64,000 bases of DNA from an uncultured Elusimicrobia bacterium. GTDB taxonomy: Bacteria > Elusimicrobiota > Elusimicrobia > 2-01-FULL-59-12. Below, piece after piece: positions 39,259 to 47,600 of the stretch. The notes under the pieces were generated by a model. It was not told the origin of the DNA. It searched no databases and saw only the letters and a program-made list of their open reading frames with translations. The position numbers were made by a program, and so were the translations under genes. Numbering within the stretch: position 1 is the first letter of the stretch; each line of letters starts with the position of its first letter. The stretch lies in NCBI GenBank assembly GCA_963702895.1, contig OY969767.1, positions 992,001 to 1,056,000 on the forward strand. Reading direction: 5' to 3'.

Positions 39259-40403
39259 AACGATGCAGTCGCTGCCTTTATGACGGATCGATTGCAGGTA
39301 TCACTTTCGACGCTCAAGGGGTTTGCAATTATTGTGATATTCACGATGCGATGGAACTTGAGTATCCAACAGGCGCAGAAGGCGAGCGCCGGCTGCGTCA
39401 GATTACGGATGAAATCCGTGCTTCAGGAAAAGGGAAGGAATTTGACGTAATTGTTGGTATCAGTGGCGGATGCGATTCCTCTTATACGCTCTATTTGGCG
39501 AAACACTACGGGTTACGTCCCCTCGCTGTCCATTTTGATAATACCTGGGACTCGACCATTGCGGTAGAAAATATCTCCACCATGCTGCGGCATCTCGATA
39601 TCCCCTTGCAGACCTATGTGGTCGATCACAAGGAATTCGATGATATATACAAATCCTTTCTGAAGGCTGGTGTACCGGATTTAGAAGCTCCTACGGATTT
39701 AGGGCTTGCCACAACGATTTACCGAGCAGCCGAACAGCATGGTATTCGCTACATTTTCGAAGGGCATTCCTTTAGGACGGAAGGTATTTCCCCCCTCAGC
39801 TGGCTCTACTTTGACGGCAAGTACATCGAAAGCGTTCAAAAACAGTTCGGAACATATCCACTTAAGACTTTTCCCAATCTGTGGTTATGGGACTTTCTTA
39901 AGTGGGTCTCCATTCGAGGGATTAAGAAACTGAGGCCCCTTTATTATCTGAATTACATCAAAGCCGATGCCATCCGTTTGTTGAGTGAAAAGTATGGGTG
40001 GCGATGGTACGGAGGCCATCATCTTGAAAATCGGTTTACCGCTTTTTATCATAGCTACTTTCTTCCACGGCGCTTTGGGTTCGATGGCCGTCTGCTTGGG
40101 TATTCAGCACTTATCCGCTCAGGTCAAATCAGTCGTGAAGAAGGCATCAAGCTCATCAAAGATCCCTATCATAGCGAGGAGGAGCTTCTTGCGATGGTCA
40201 AGAAGAGATTGGGATTCGACAATAGCGAATTTGAGCGTTTGATGGCATTGCCTAAACGCTCATATCATGAGTTCAAAACATATAAAAAGACTTTTGAACG
40301 AATGAAATGGATATTCTGGTTTCTCTATAAAATGAATCGTGTTCCTAAGAGTTTTTACATCAAATATACATCTCCCGATTTCCCGCTAACTCCTCGATGT
40401 TAG
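39255..40403 (+). CDS. N-acetyl sugar amidotransferase (WbuX/WbpG/PseA-like)
   Basis: CSRC..CNYC, PP-loop SGGCDSS, follows the hisH/hisF pair. Confidence 0.88.
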   Translation: MKRCSRCLYDGSIAGITFDAQGVCNYCDIHDAMELEYPTGAEGERRLRQITDEIRASGKGKEFDVIVGISGGCDSSYTLYLAKHYGLRPLAVHFDNTWDSTIAVENISTMLRHLDIPLQTYVVDHKEFDDIYKSFLKAGVPDLEAPTDLGLATTIYRAAEQHGIRYIFEGHSFRTEGISPLSWLYFDGKYIESVQKQFGTYPLKTFPNLWLWDFLKWVSIRGIKKLRPLYYLNYIKADAIRLLSEKYGWRWYGGHHLENRFTAFYHSYFLPRRFGFDGRLLGYSALIRSGQISREEGIKLIKDPYHSEEELLAMVKKRLGFDNSEFERLMALPKRSYHEFKTYKKTFERMKWIFWFLYKMNRVPKSFYIKYTSPDFPLTPRC

Positions 40404-41575
40404 GCCAATCGGGTCTTCTTTTCTTCACGCTACAAAAACTCTTGCTCTTAATCTCCTATCAAGTATTCTGCAGGATCCCGTTTAGGAAGAAAGACTTTAC
40501 ATGGGTTGTCGGGGTCGACGAAATATGCGCTAATATCAGCTCGATTTCACAGGTCCTCGCAGGATCCTTTTCAGTCTCACTTTCCAAGAATCGATACTAC
40601 GAACTCCAATATGGGTTCGCTGGGCTCAATACTTCATCAATGCTTCTAAACTATATTTATCGTGTGTTGGTTGGTCCCATCCTGCTAGCTTATCTTACAA
40701 CTTGTACGGAAGGGTTCATCTATATATGGTCTACCGGATTCTTGCTTAGCGATATCGACCAACGTGATTTTGAGTTTCGCTTTATCAAGAATCATGGTAA
40801 GAAGATCGTATGTTATTTTGTTGGAAGTGACATTCGCTCTCCGAAATTATCCAAAGACTTTGCCCTGCGTCACAATCTGGAAGTTATTGCTCACTATTAC
40901 GATCTGGCTGACCGAGCCAGTGAATCGCAGACATACGAAACACGAAAGCGCATGCTTGCCCACACCGCGGACCAAAATGCCGACATCATATTCAATGCGC
41001 CTGTAGACCAAATGAGTTACCTGACACGAAAGGTTTCTCCATTTCTCTATTTCTATCCCGATGACAGATTTCTACGCAATGACAAGAAGTTTACGGCATA
41101 TGAACGGTTGAAGATTGTGCATGCGCCCTCTTCACCCAGTATTAAAGGCACTCCCCTGGTCCGTTCGGCGATTCACAGACTTCGCCATGAGCGATATGTC
41201 TTCGATTATGTCGAACTTATTGGGGTCAGCAATAAGGCCGTTCTTCAAGAGCTTCGCGATGCTCATATTGTCTTGAACGAATTCTACTCCTTACTGCCTG
41301 GTTTATTTGGTGTTGAGGCGATGGCTTCCCATTGCGCTCTCATCACATCTGCCGATGAAAGGTTGGAACCTTCCCTACAGTCCGGATCCAATCAAGCTTG
41401 GCTGGTGACCAGACCTTTCGAAATCTACGACAACCTGAAATCTCTTCTAGACCATAAAGATCGAATAAAACCCTTAGCCGATTCAGGGTTTGCGTGGGCC
41501 ATGGAGAATGCCGCAATGACAGTGACAGGGAAAAAGTTAGTAGGCATTCTAAACAGTATTTCTCAGCGGAATTGA
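40397..41575 (+). CDS. Putative glycosyltransferase (GT-B-like)
   Basis: GSDIR, IVHAPS..KGT, GLFGVEAMA. Confidence 0.6.
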   Translation: MLGQSGLLFFTLQKLLLLISYQVFCRIPFRKKDFTWVVGVDEICANISSISQVLAGSFSVSLSKNRYYELQYGFAGLNTSSMLLNYIYRVLVGPILLAYLTTCTEGFIYIWSTGFLLSDIDQRDFEFRFIKNHGKKIVCYFVGSDIRSPKLSKDFALRHNLEVIAHYYDLADRASESQTYETRKRMLAHTADQNADIIFNAPVDQMSYLTRKVSPFLYFYPDDRFLRNDKKFTAYERLKIVHAPSSPSIKGTPLVRSAIHRLRHERYVFDYVELIGVSNKAVLQELRDAHIVLNEFYSLLPGLFGVEAMASHCALITSADERLEPSLQSGSNQAWLVTRPFEIYDNLKSLLDHKDRIKPLADSGFAWAMENAAMTVTGKKLVGILNSISQRN

Positions 41576-41635
41576 TCGCAGAAGGATGGTGCCCCCATCA
41601 TTAAGCAGTTCGTAAAGGGCAGCGCATATTATCTT

Positions 41636-43033
41636 GTGTCCAATGTCCTCACGCGTGGGCTTTCCCTCCTTCTATTGCCCATCATTACGCGCATCCTAAC
41701 CCGTGAAGAGTATGGAGTCATTGACTACCTATCTGTCCTCGGATCTCTATTGGCAGTGACCATTTCTCTTGAAGTCAATCAAGGCATGGCTCGATATTTG
41801 CCTGAATGTGTTGACGATATGAAGACACGCCAACACTATGCTTCAACGACGTTTTGGTTTGTAATCTTCACCAATTCGCTTCTTGTTCTCGGCTTCTATA
41901 TCTTCCGGGCATCCTTATCTCAGTATTTGTTGGGTTCAATGAAGTGGAAGCTTGTGATCGCGATGGCAGGACTTTCATATTGGTCAGCCGCCCTTGTCTA
42001 TACGGTCCAGAGTCTATTGCGCTGGACCCAACGAGCCAAGGTAAGTGCTCTTCTTTCCATTCTGGTCGCGATATTGACCATGATATTTCTGTACCTGTTT
42101 GTTGTCAGGTGGCAGAAAGGGGTTGTTGGAGTACTCTTCGGTTACGTTCTTGGTCAGCTGCTCTCATTTGGCATTGGTAGTTACTTGATCCGAAACGAGT
42201 TGGGTGTCACCTTTCATGTACAAAGATTAAAAGAAATGCTGAGCTTTTCTATACCCCTCATCCCTTCGAGCGTGGGCGTGGTCGTGTCGCTCTATATTGA
42301 TCGGATCATCATTATGAAGGTCATGTCTCTCAGTGATGTTGGAATCTATGGGGTCGGATATCGCGTCGCCACAATCGTGGCTATTCTTATGACTGCTTTT
42401 CAGGGAGCCTTAACCCCTTTGATTTACGCACATTACAAATCATCAGCAACGCCGACCAGCCTAGCGAAACTATTTAGGATCTTTGTGGGCATGGCGCTTT
42501 TGGGGCTTTCTCTCCTGTCCATCTTCTCCAAACACATTGTCTCTTGGATTGCTCCAGCTGCTTATAGGGAAGCGGCCTCGGTGATTCCTAGTCTGACGTT
42601 GGCTATTCTTATGTCAAACATGTATATCTTTGCACCCGGGCTAGATATCGCCAAGAAAACTTCAATCATCAGTGTTATCAATATATCCACTGCATGTCTT
42701 AACACGGGTCTTAGTTTCATCTTGGTTTCGTACATCGGTATTCAAGGAGCGGCTATTGCTACAGCTCTTGTGGCAACGACGGGTTTTGCCGCATATATGG
42801 TTTTTAGCCAAAGATTCTATTACGTTCCGCATCACTGGGGTAGTCTTGTGTTGGGGTTTGTACTTACATTATGCGCCATCAATGGAAGCTCCTATATACA
42901 CTTGTACGGAATGGCTGACATTATCCTCAGAATCTCATTAATCGCGGGATTATTATTGGCTTTGGTGCATTTGGGTCTGGTGCGGACCGAAGAAGTCAGA
43001 TCTGGATTCCGATTCGTACGAGCATTAATTTGA
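41636..43033 (+). CDS. Wzx oligosaccharide flippase
   Basis: LLLPIITRILTREEYG, YIDRIII, VGIYGVG, GIQGAAIAT; true start may lie about 13 codons upstream (see findings). Confidence 0.85.
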   Translation: MSNVLTRGLSLLLLPIITRILTREEYGVIDYLSVLGSLLAVTISLEVNQGMARYLPECVDDMKTRQHYASTTFWFVIFTNSLLVLGFYIFRASLSQYLLGSMKWKLVIAMAGLSYWSAALVYTVQSLLRWTQRAKVSALLSILVAILTMIFLYLFVVRWQKGVVGVLFGYVLGQLLSFGIGSYLIRNELGVTFHVQRLKEMLSFSIPLIPSSVGVVVSLYIDRIIIMKVMSLSDVGIYGVGYRVATIVAILMTAFQGALTPLIYAHYKSSATPTSLAKLFRIFVGMALLGLSLLSIFSKHIVSWIAPAAYREAASVIPSLTLAILMSNMYIFAPGLDIAKKTSIISVINISTACLNTGLSFILVSYIGIQGAAIATALVATTGFAAYMVFSQRFYYVPHHWGSLVLGFVLTLCAINGSSYIHLYGMADIILRISLIAGLLLALVHLGLVRTEEVRSGFRFVRALI

Positions 43034-44214
43034 AAACGATTGTATCGGTAACGCCACTTCCCATCATCTCTGACAGCCGGACCTACAAAATCGCTGCTTC
43101 CTTTGCTCGGTTCGGGTACCGTTCCATTGCCGTCGAGGGACAACCAAGTCCGGTCGAAACCTCTGACCTGCCATTTGAGCTGCGTCCGATAGGAAACCCT
43201 AGCCCGGAGGGTTCAAGTCGCGCCGGCGTTATGGGATCAATGCGCGGCAACATGCTCGCCAGGGTGCCTGGTGCGGCCGAGCTGCCACTTCGCATGGCAA
43301 GCGCGGTTGCCCGCTTTTCGTGCGAATACGGTTGGCGCGTGGCGAGAGCGCTTCCTCCTGCGTCGCTTTATTACCTTCATGCCCCCTACCAGTTCCCGGG
43401 AGTGTACTTTGCGGCACGACGCTACCGTGTCCCAATCATCTACGATGCTCATGATTTTTATCCTCTTGTGGATCGACTGCCATTTCTTGAGTGGGTGGAG
43501 TCTTGGTGTATTCGGAACTCGGATCAAGTGGTCACTGTTTCCAAGGGTGTTGCTGATCTGTTATCGAAACAATACAAATGCAGCCCAACCGTAATCCGAA
43601 ATGTCCATGATCATCGCTTGGACAAGGAGCCAACAAATGGATTGAGAGAGTCCCTTGGGGTGTCTCCAGATCAGTTCCTATTGGTATGCGTCGGACAAGC
43701 GAAACCTGGACAACACGTTGAAGGCGCAATGCAAGCAATGAAGAAATTACCTTCCTCTGTTCATTTAGCGTTCGTTGGTAACAACACTGATCAATACCAA
43801 AAACAAGCATTACAACATGGGATTGAGGATCGTATCCACACACTCCCACCCGTCAATCCAGAAGAAGTTGTGCCTTTCATTCGCAGCGCAAATGCTGCCA
43901 TCTTGTTATATACTCCGATTTCACGTAATTACGAATACTGTCTTCCAAACGGACTCTTCCAATCGCTCGCCGCTTCACTTCCTCTCCTCTATCCAACCCT
44001 GACGGAGATACAAGCTGTGATGGAGCACACTGGGTCAGGAATACCTATTAACCCTTACTCAACAGATTCAATTGTCATGGCGGTGTCAATCCTAATAGAA
44101 GACCTAACGCGACTTCGCGGGTATCGGGCAGCAGCTTGTGCCGCTTCGACAAAATTCTCATGGGAAACAGAAGAGCGAATATTGGAAGACCTTGTTCTGA
44201 AGATTCTGGTTTGA
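43030..44214 (+). CDS. GT4-like glycosyltransferase
   Basis: DSRTYK, IYDAHDFY, CLPNGLFQSLAASLP. Confidence 0.8.
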   Translation: MKTIVSVTPLPIISDSRTYKIAASFARFGYRSIAVEGQPSPVETSDLPFELRPIGNPSPEGSSRAGVMGSMRGNMLARVPGAAELPLRMASAVARFSCEYGWRVARALPPASLYYLHAPYQFPGVYFAARRYRVPIIYDAHDFYPLVDRLPFLEWVESWCIRNSDQVVTVSKGVADLLSKQYKCSPTVIRNVHDHRLDKEPTNGLRESLGVSPDQFLLVCVGQAKPGQHVEGAMQAMKKLPSSVHLAFVGNNTDQYQKQALQHGIEDRIHTLPPVNPEEVVPFIRSANAAILLYTPISRNYEYCLPNGLFQSLAASLPLLYPTLTEIQAVMEHTGSGIPINPYSTDSIVMAVSILIEDLTRLRGYRAAACAASTKFSWETEERILEDLVLKILV

Positions 44215-44234
44215 ATGAATAAGAGGAGTTAGGT

Positions 44235-44738
44235 ATGCGCGGTATCGCAGGCATTCGTTCAATGCGGGGAGTTGACTTCAGGCACTCGCGTGCGATGTCT
44301 ACGGCCATTTCATATCGTGGCCCCAACGGGTTTGGTTGCTTGCTTTGCTCCGATGGGCGCGGGGTAGAAATTCGACATAATGAAGAGTCTCGAGAAGGGG
44401 TTTCCCATGAATCTAAGATTGGACTTGCCGTTCGTCGTTTTTCAATCATCGATTTCTCCGATCAAGACATGCAGCCTTTTCTGAGTCTTAACCAGCAACT
44501 TGTGGTCGTATTTATCGGTGAGATCTATAGCCATAACGAGCTTCGAAACGGACTTGAAAAACCAGGCTTTCACTTTCGAATGTCAAGCGATACGGATGTC
44601 TTCCTCTGTGCCGACGAGGCGTGGGGGAAGGATTACGACGAAGAGCGAGTACACAACACGATCGACGATTTAACGCCTGCCAACTTCAATAAGAATCAAC
44701 ACCAAATGACCTTGGCATCACTGGAATTAACTTCCTAG
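44235..44738 (+). pseudogene. Truncated, decayed asnB glutaminase-domain fragment
   Basis: MRGIAG (Cys2 replaced by Arg), YRGPNG, RRFSIID, FIGEIYS, SDTDV; similarity stops after about 133 aa; GAGGAG RBS retained. Confidence 0.85.
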
Positions 44739-44849
44739 AGGCTGGCGCGAAGAATGGTGTGATATCTACTTCTAATGCTCGAACATATATTTGAATGCTA
44801 ATTAGCATAAAGTTATTATTTAAATATAAGTGAAATAGACCGAAGTTTA

Positions 44850-46025
44850 ATGAAATCAGAAATCTCAACGCTCCTTTTTTACACTACTAATGTTCCAAAT
44901 CGAAAGCGACTGGTGACGGACACCTTACGCTTGCATCTACGTCTGAATCTCGAAAAGATGCCTGGGTTTATACGTCGCAATCACCTGATATCCCGGTGCT
45001 TTCAAGAAGGATATCTCCATCTATCGTACGTGATGGACTGGTATGAAGCTTTTGTAGCTTCTCCCAGGATTAAGGTTGATGCATGCAATATTAACGATGT
45101 TTTTCAGTTGGCACATTATTTAAGAAAGATAAGTCAATATGAGCTTGTTATTATTCTTCATTCAGCTGCCGGGGATGATCTACGCACTTTACTGTGGAGC
45201 AAAGCGTTCTTCCAAAACCGTAAAGGGAAATTAATCGTATGTTTTGGGAATGAATTCACGCTCATGCCCGATAAAATATACTTCGCGAAGTCCGTAGAGC
45301 CTGAATTCATTGTCACCCAATTGCCAATCGCTTCTGCGCAATGGCTCTATAGCGAGTGCACAAAATCGCATGTCATTGCGGCGCCCGCAGCATTAAATCC
45401 CAATCTTTATCATGTACGGACAGATCAAATACGCGTACGGGATTTTGGTTTCCGAGGGAGTAAATATTCTTTTTCAATTGGAGATCAAGAGCGGACAGAA
45501 CTCGTCTTGGAACTTAAGAAGAGATGTATATCACTTGGATTAAGTGAAGATATTCAATTTAAAATGATGAATCGTAAAGATTGGACTGAGTTCTTAAGCC
45601 AGTCAAAAGGAATCCCTGGCGCAGAATCAACTACATATTTCTTAGAAAAGGATGATCATACGCAAAAAAACGTCACCGCGTACTTGCGAGAAAACCCTCA
45701 AGCTACCTTTGATGACGTCTATCAACGTTATTTTAAAGACTATAAAGGATCAGTCTTTGGCAAGAGTATTTCTTCTAGGCACTTTGAGCCGATTGGCACA
45801 CACACGTGCCAGTTGCTCCTCGAAGGGAAGTACAATGGGATATTAGAGCCTGAGAAGCATTATATTGCAGTTAAAAAAGATCTTTCGGATTTGGTTGAAG
45901 CGATAAAGCGTTGGCAGGATGTTGCCTATCGTCAATCCATCGTGCATCAGGCGTACGAGTATGTCATGTCTAGGCACACCTATGGACATCGGGTTAATTC
46001 CATTTTAGATGCTGTGGGTGTGTGA
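44850..46025 (+). CDS. Putative glycosyltransferase (CgeB/Glyco_trans_1_2-like C-terminus)
   Basis: ISSRHFE, HYIAV, HTYGHRV. Confidence 0.6.
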   Translation: MKSEISTLLFYTTNVPNRKRLVTDTLRLHLRLNLEKMPGFIRRNHLISRCFQEGYLHLSYVMDWYEAFVASPRIKVDACNINDVFQLAHYLRKISQYELVIILHSAAGDDLRTLLWSKAFFQNRKGKLIVCFGNEFTLMPDKIYFAKSVEPEFIVTQLPIASAQWLYSECTKSHVIAAPAALNPNLYHVRTDQIRVRDFGFRGSKYSFSIGDQERTELVLELKKRCISLGLSEDIQFKMMNRKDWTEFLSQSKGIPGAESTTYFLEKDDHTQKNVTAYLRENPQATFDDVYQRYFKDYKGSVFGKSISSRHFEPIGTHTCQLLLEGKYNGILEPEKHYIAVKKDLSDLVEAIKRWQDVAYRQSIVHQAYEYVMSRHTYGHRVNSILDAVGV

Positions 46026-46105
46026 TTTCTGTGTTATTCATGACTTGTATTCGCCGAGCGTATTAATGTCGACTAGTCTCAGAAGAAAGGATATAGAGAC
46101 CTCTT

Positions 46106-46792
46106 ATGTCTAGCTGCACAAATATTAATGTCTTTTTCTTTGGAGATTCGATTTGTACCGGACAAGGTGTCTCTATCCATAGCGGATGGGTAGCGCGTGC
46201 TTCAGAAAAGCTGGCTGAGGTTAGCCAACAGTTAGGCCGCGATGTTGTGGTGAACAATGCTTCAATTAATGGTTGTACGACGCGACAGGCATTGGAGCGG
46301 ATGCCATATGATATCCAGTCGCACCGAGTGGACATCTTAATCGTTCAATTTGGTCTGAATGACTGTAACTACTGGGAGACAGATCATGGTGTCCCTCGAG
46401 TGAGCCCTCTCGCATTTGAGGCAAATCTTCATGAAATTATCTCTCGCGCTTATTCATCAGGAGTTTCTAAGGTATTGCTCAATACCAATCATGTCACTGG
46501 TAGAGACCAGGAATTGCTGCCTCACACACAAATAACATTCCAGGAAAGCAATGCAAGATACAATCAAGTTATTCGTGAGGTCTCTAGAAAGGAGGGTCCG
46601 CGCGTTATCTTGAATGATGTCGAATCTTCCTGCCGTCTTTATACGCAGGGAGATCGCACTTGTCTTCTATCACTACTGCAAAACGATCTTCTTCATCTTA
46701 GTTTACATGGTCATGAATTCTATTTCGATATACTCTATCCAGTCATACGCCAAGCGGTGAACGACGTTATAAAAGGGGCTAAAGAGTTCTAA
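46106..46792 (+). CDS. SGNH/GDSL hydrolase
   Basis: FGDSI, NASING, FGLND, DLLHL. Confidence 0.88.
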   Translation: MSSCTNINVFFFGDSICTGQGVSIHSGWVARASEKLAEVSQQLGRDVVVNNASINGCTTRQALERMPYDIQSHRVDILIVQFGLNDCNYWETDHGVPRVSPLAFEANLHEIISRAYSSGVSKVLLNTNHVTGRDQELLPHTQITFQESNARYNQVIREVSRKEGPRVILNDVESSCRLYTQGDRTCLLSLLQNDLLHLSLHGHEFYFDILYPVIRQAVNDVIKGAKEF

Positions 46793-46832
46793 GTCTTTAT
46801 GCGGCTATTAATTATGTATTGTTTGGTCTTTG

Positions 46833-47573
46833 ATGTATAACTTAATTGTTCTGGGGCATGGAAAAATTGCTGCGCTATGCATGGGTTGGCTTGCGAACGC
46901 GCGATATCAACGTCAATTTAGGGTTTGTAGTCTTGTCACATCGCTGCAAGAATACAAAGAATGGTCCCCTCGCTTTTCGTCATGTCCAATATATGTCTCT
47001 AATCGATCAGCAAATGAACATAAAATTCTCAAGATCATAAAAGCAAAGAACATTAATTTATTGCTTAGCATACAGCATCGATGGATCTTGTCGCCGCGGA
47101 TACTGTATTCTGTCGAATTCTTTGCATTCAACCTCCATAATGCAAAGTTGCCAGAATACAAAGGGTATAACTGTATTAGTCATGCAATCCTGAATGGAGA
47201 ATCTGAATATCGCACCACGATTCATTGGATGGTCCCAGAAGTCGATTCTGGGGAATTGGCCTATGAAGAGAGTCTTCCAATAAGCAAGACGGATACTGCT
47301 CAATCTTTGTATCAACGCACTGTTGAAGCGTCCCTAAAAAACTTTAAAAAGTTAATTCGTACTTTGGCGAGAGGGTATCCCATACCTAGGAGGAAAATGA
47401 ATGGCAAAAGCCATTTCTTTAAAAAGTCTGATCTCTCAGCGCTGAAAAGGATACGATCCCTCGACGACAGTCGTGAAGTAGATCGTAAAGCAAGAGCGTG
47501 CTACATGCCTCCTTATGAGCCGGCCTACTTCGAAAAAGCAGGAAAACGATTTTATGTAATCCCAGCCGGATGA
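46833..47573 (+). CDS. Formyltransferase (sugar N-formyltransferase-like)
   Basis: NLHNAKLPEYKG, TTIHWM..VDSG, PPYEPAY. Confidence 0.82.
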   Translation: MYNLIVLGHGKIAALCMGWLANARYQRQFRVCSLVTSLQEYKEWSPRFSSCPIYVSNRSANEHKILKIIKAKNINLLLSIQHRWILSPRILYSVEFFAFNLHNAKLPEYKGYNCISHAILNGESEYRTTIHWMVPEVDSGELAYEESLPISKTDTAQSLYQRTVEASLKNFKKLIRTLARGYPIPRRKMNGKSHFFKKSDLSALKRIRSLDDSREVDRKARACYMPPYEPAYFEKAGKRFYVIPAG

Positions 47574-47600
47574 GCCGTCGAAATCTTTGGCTTTTTCAAC

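Noticed and set aside
44735..44755. CTAGAGGCTGG resembling an IS end at a CTAG target
   Set aside because: No partner repeat or transposase remnant was found.
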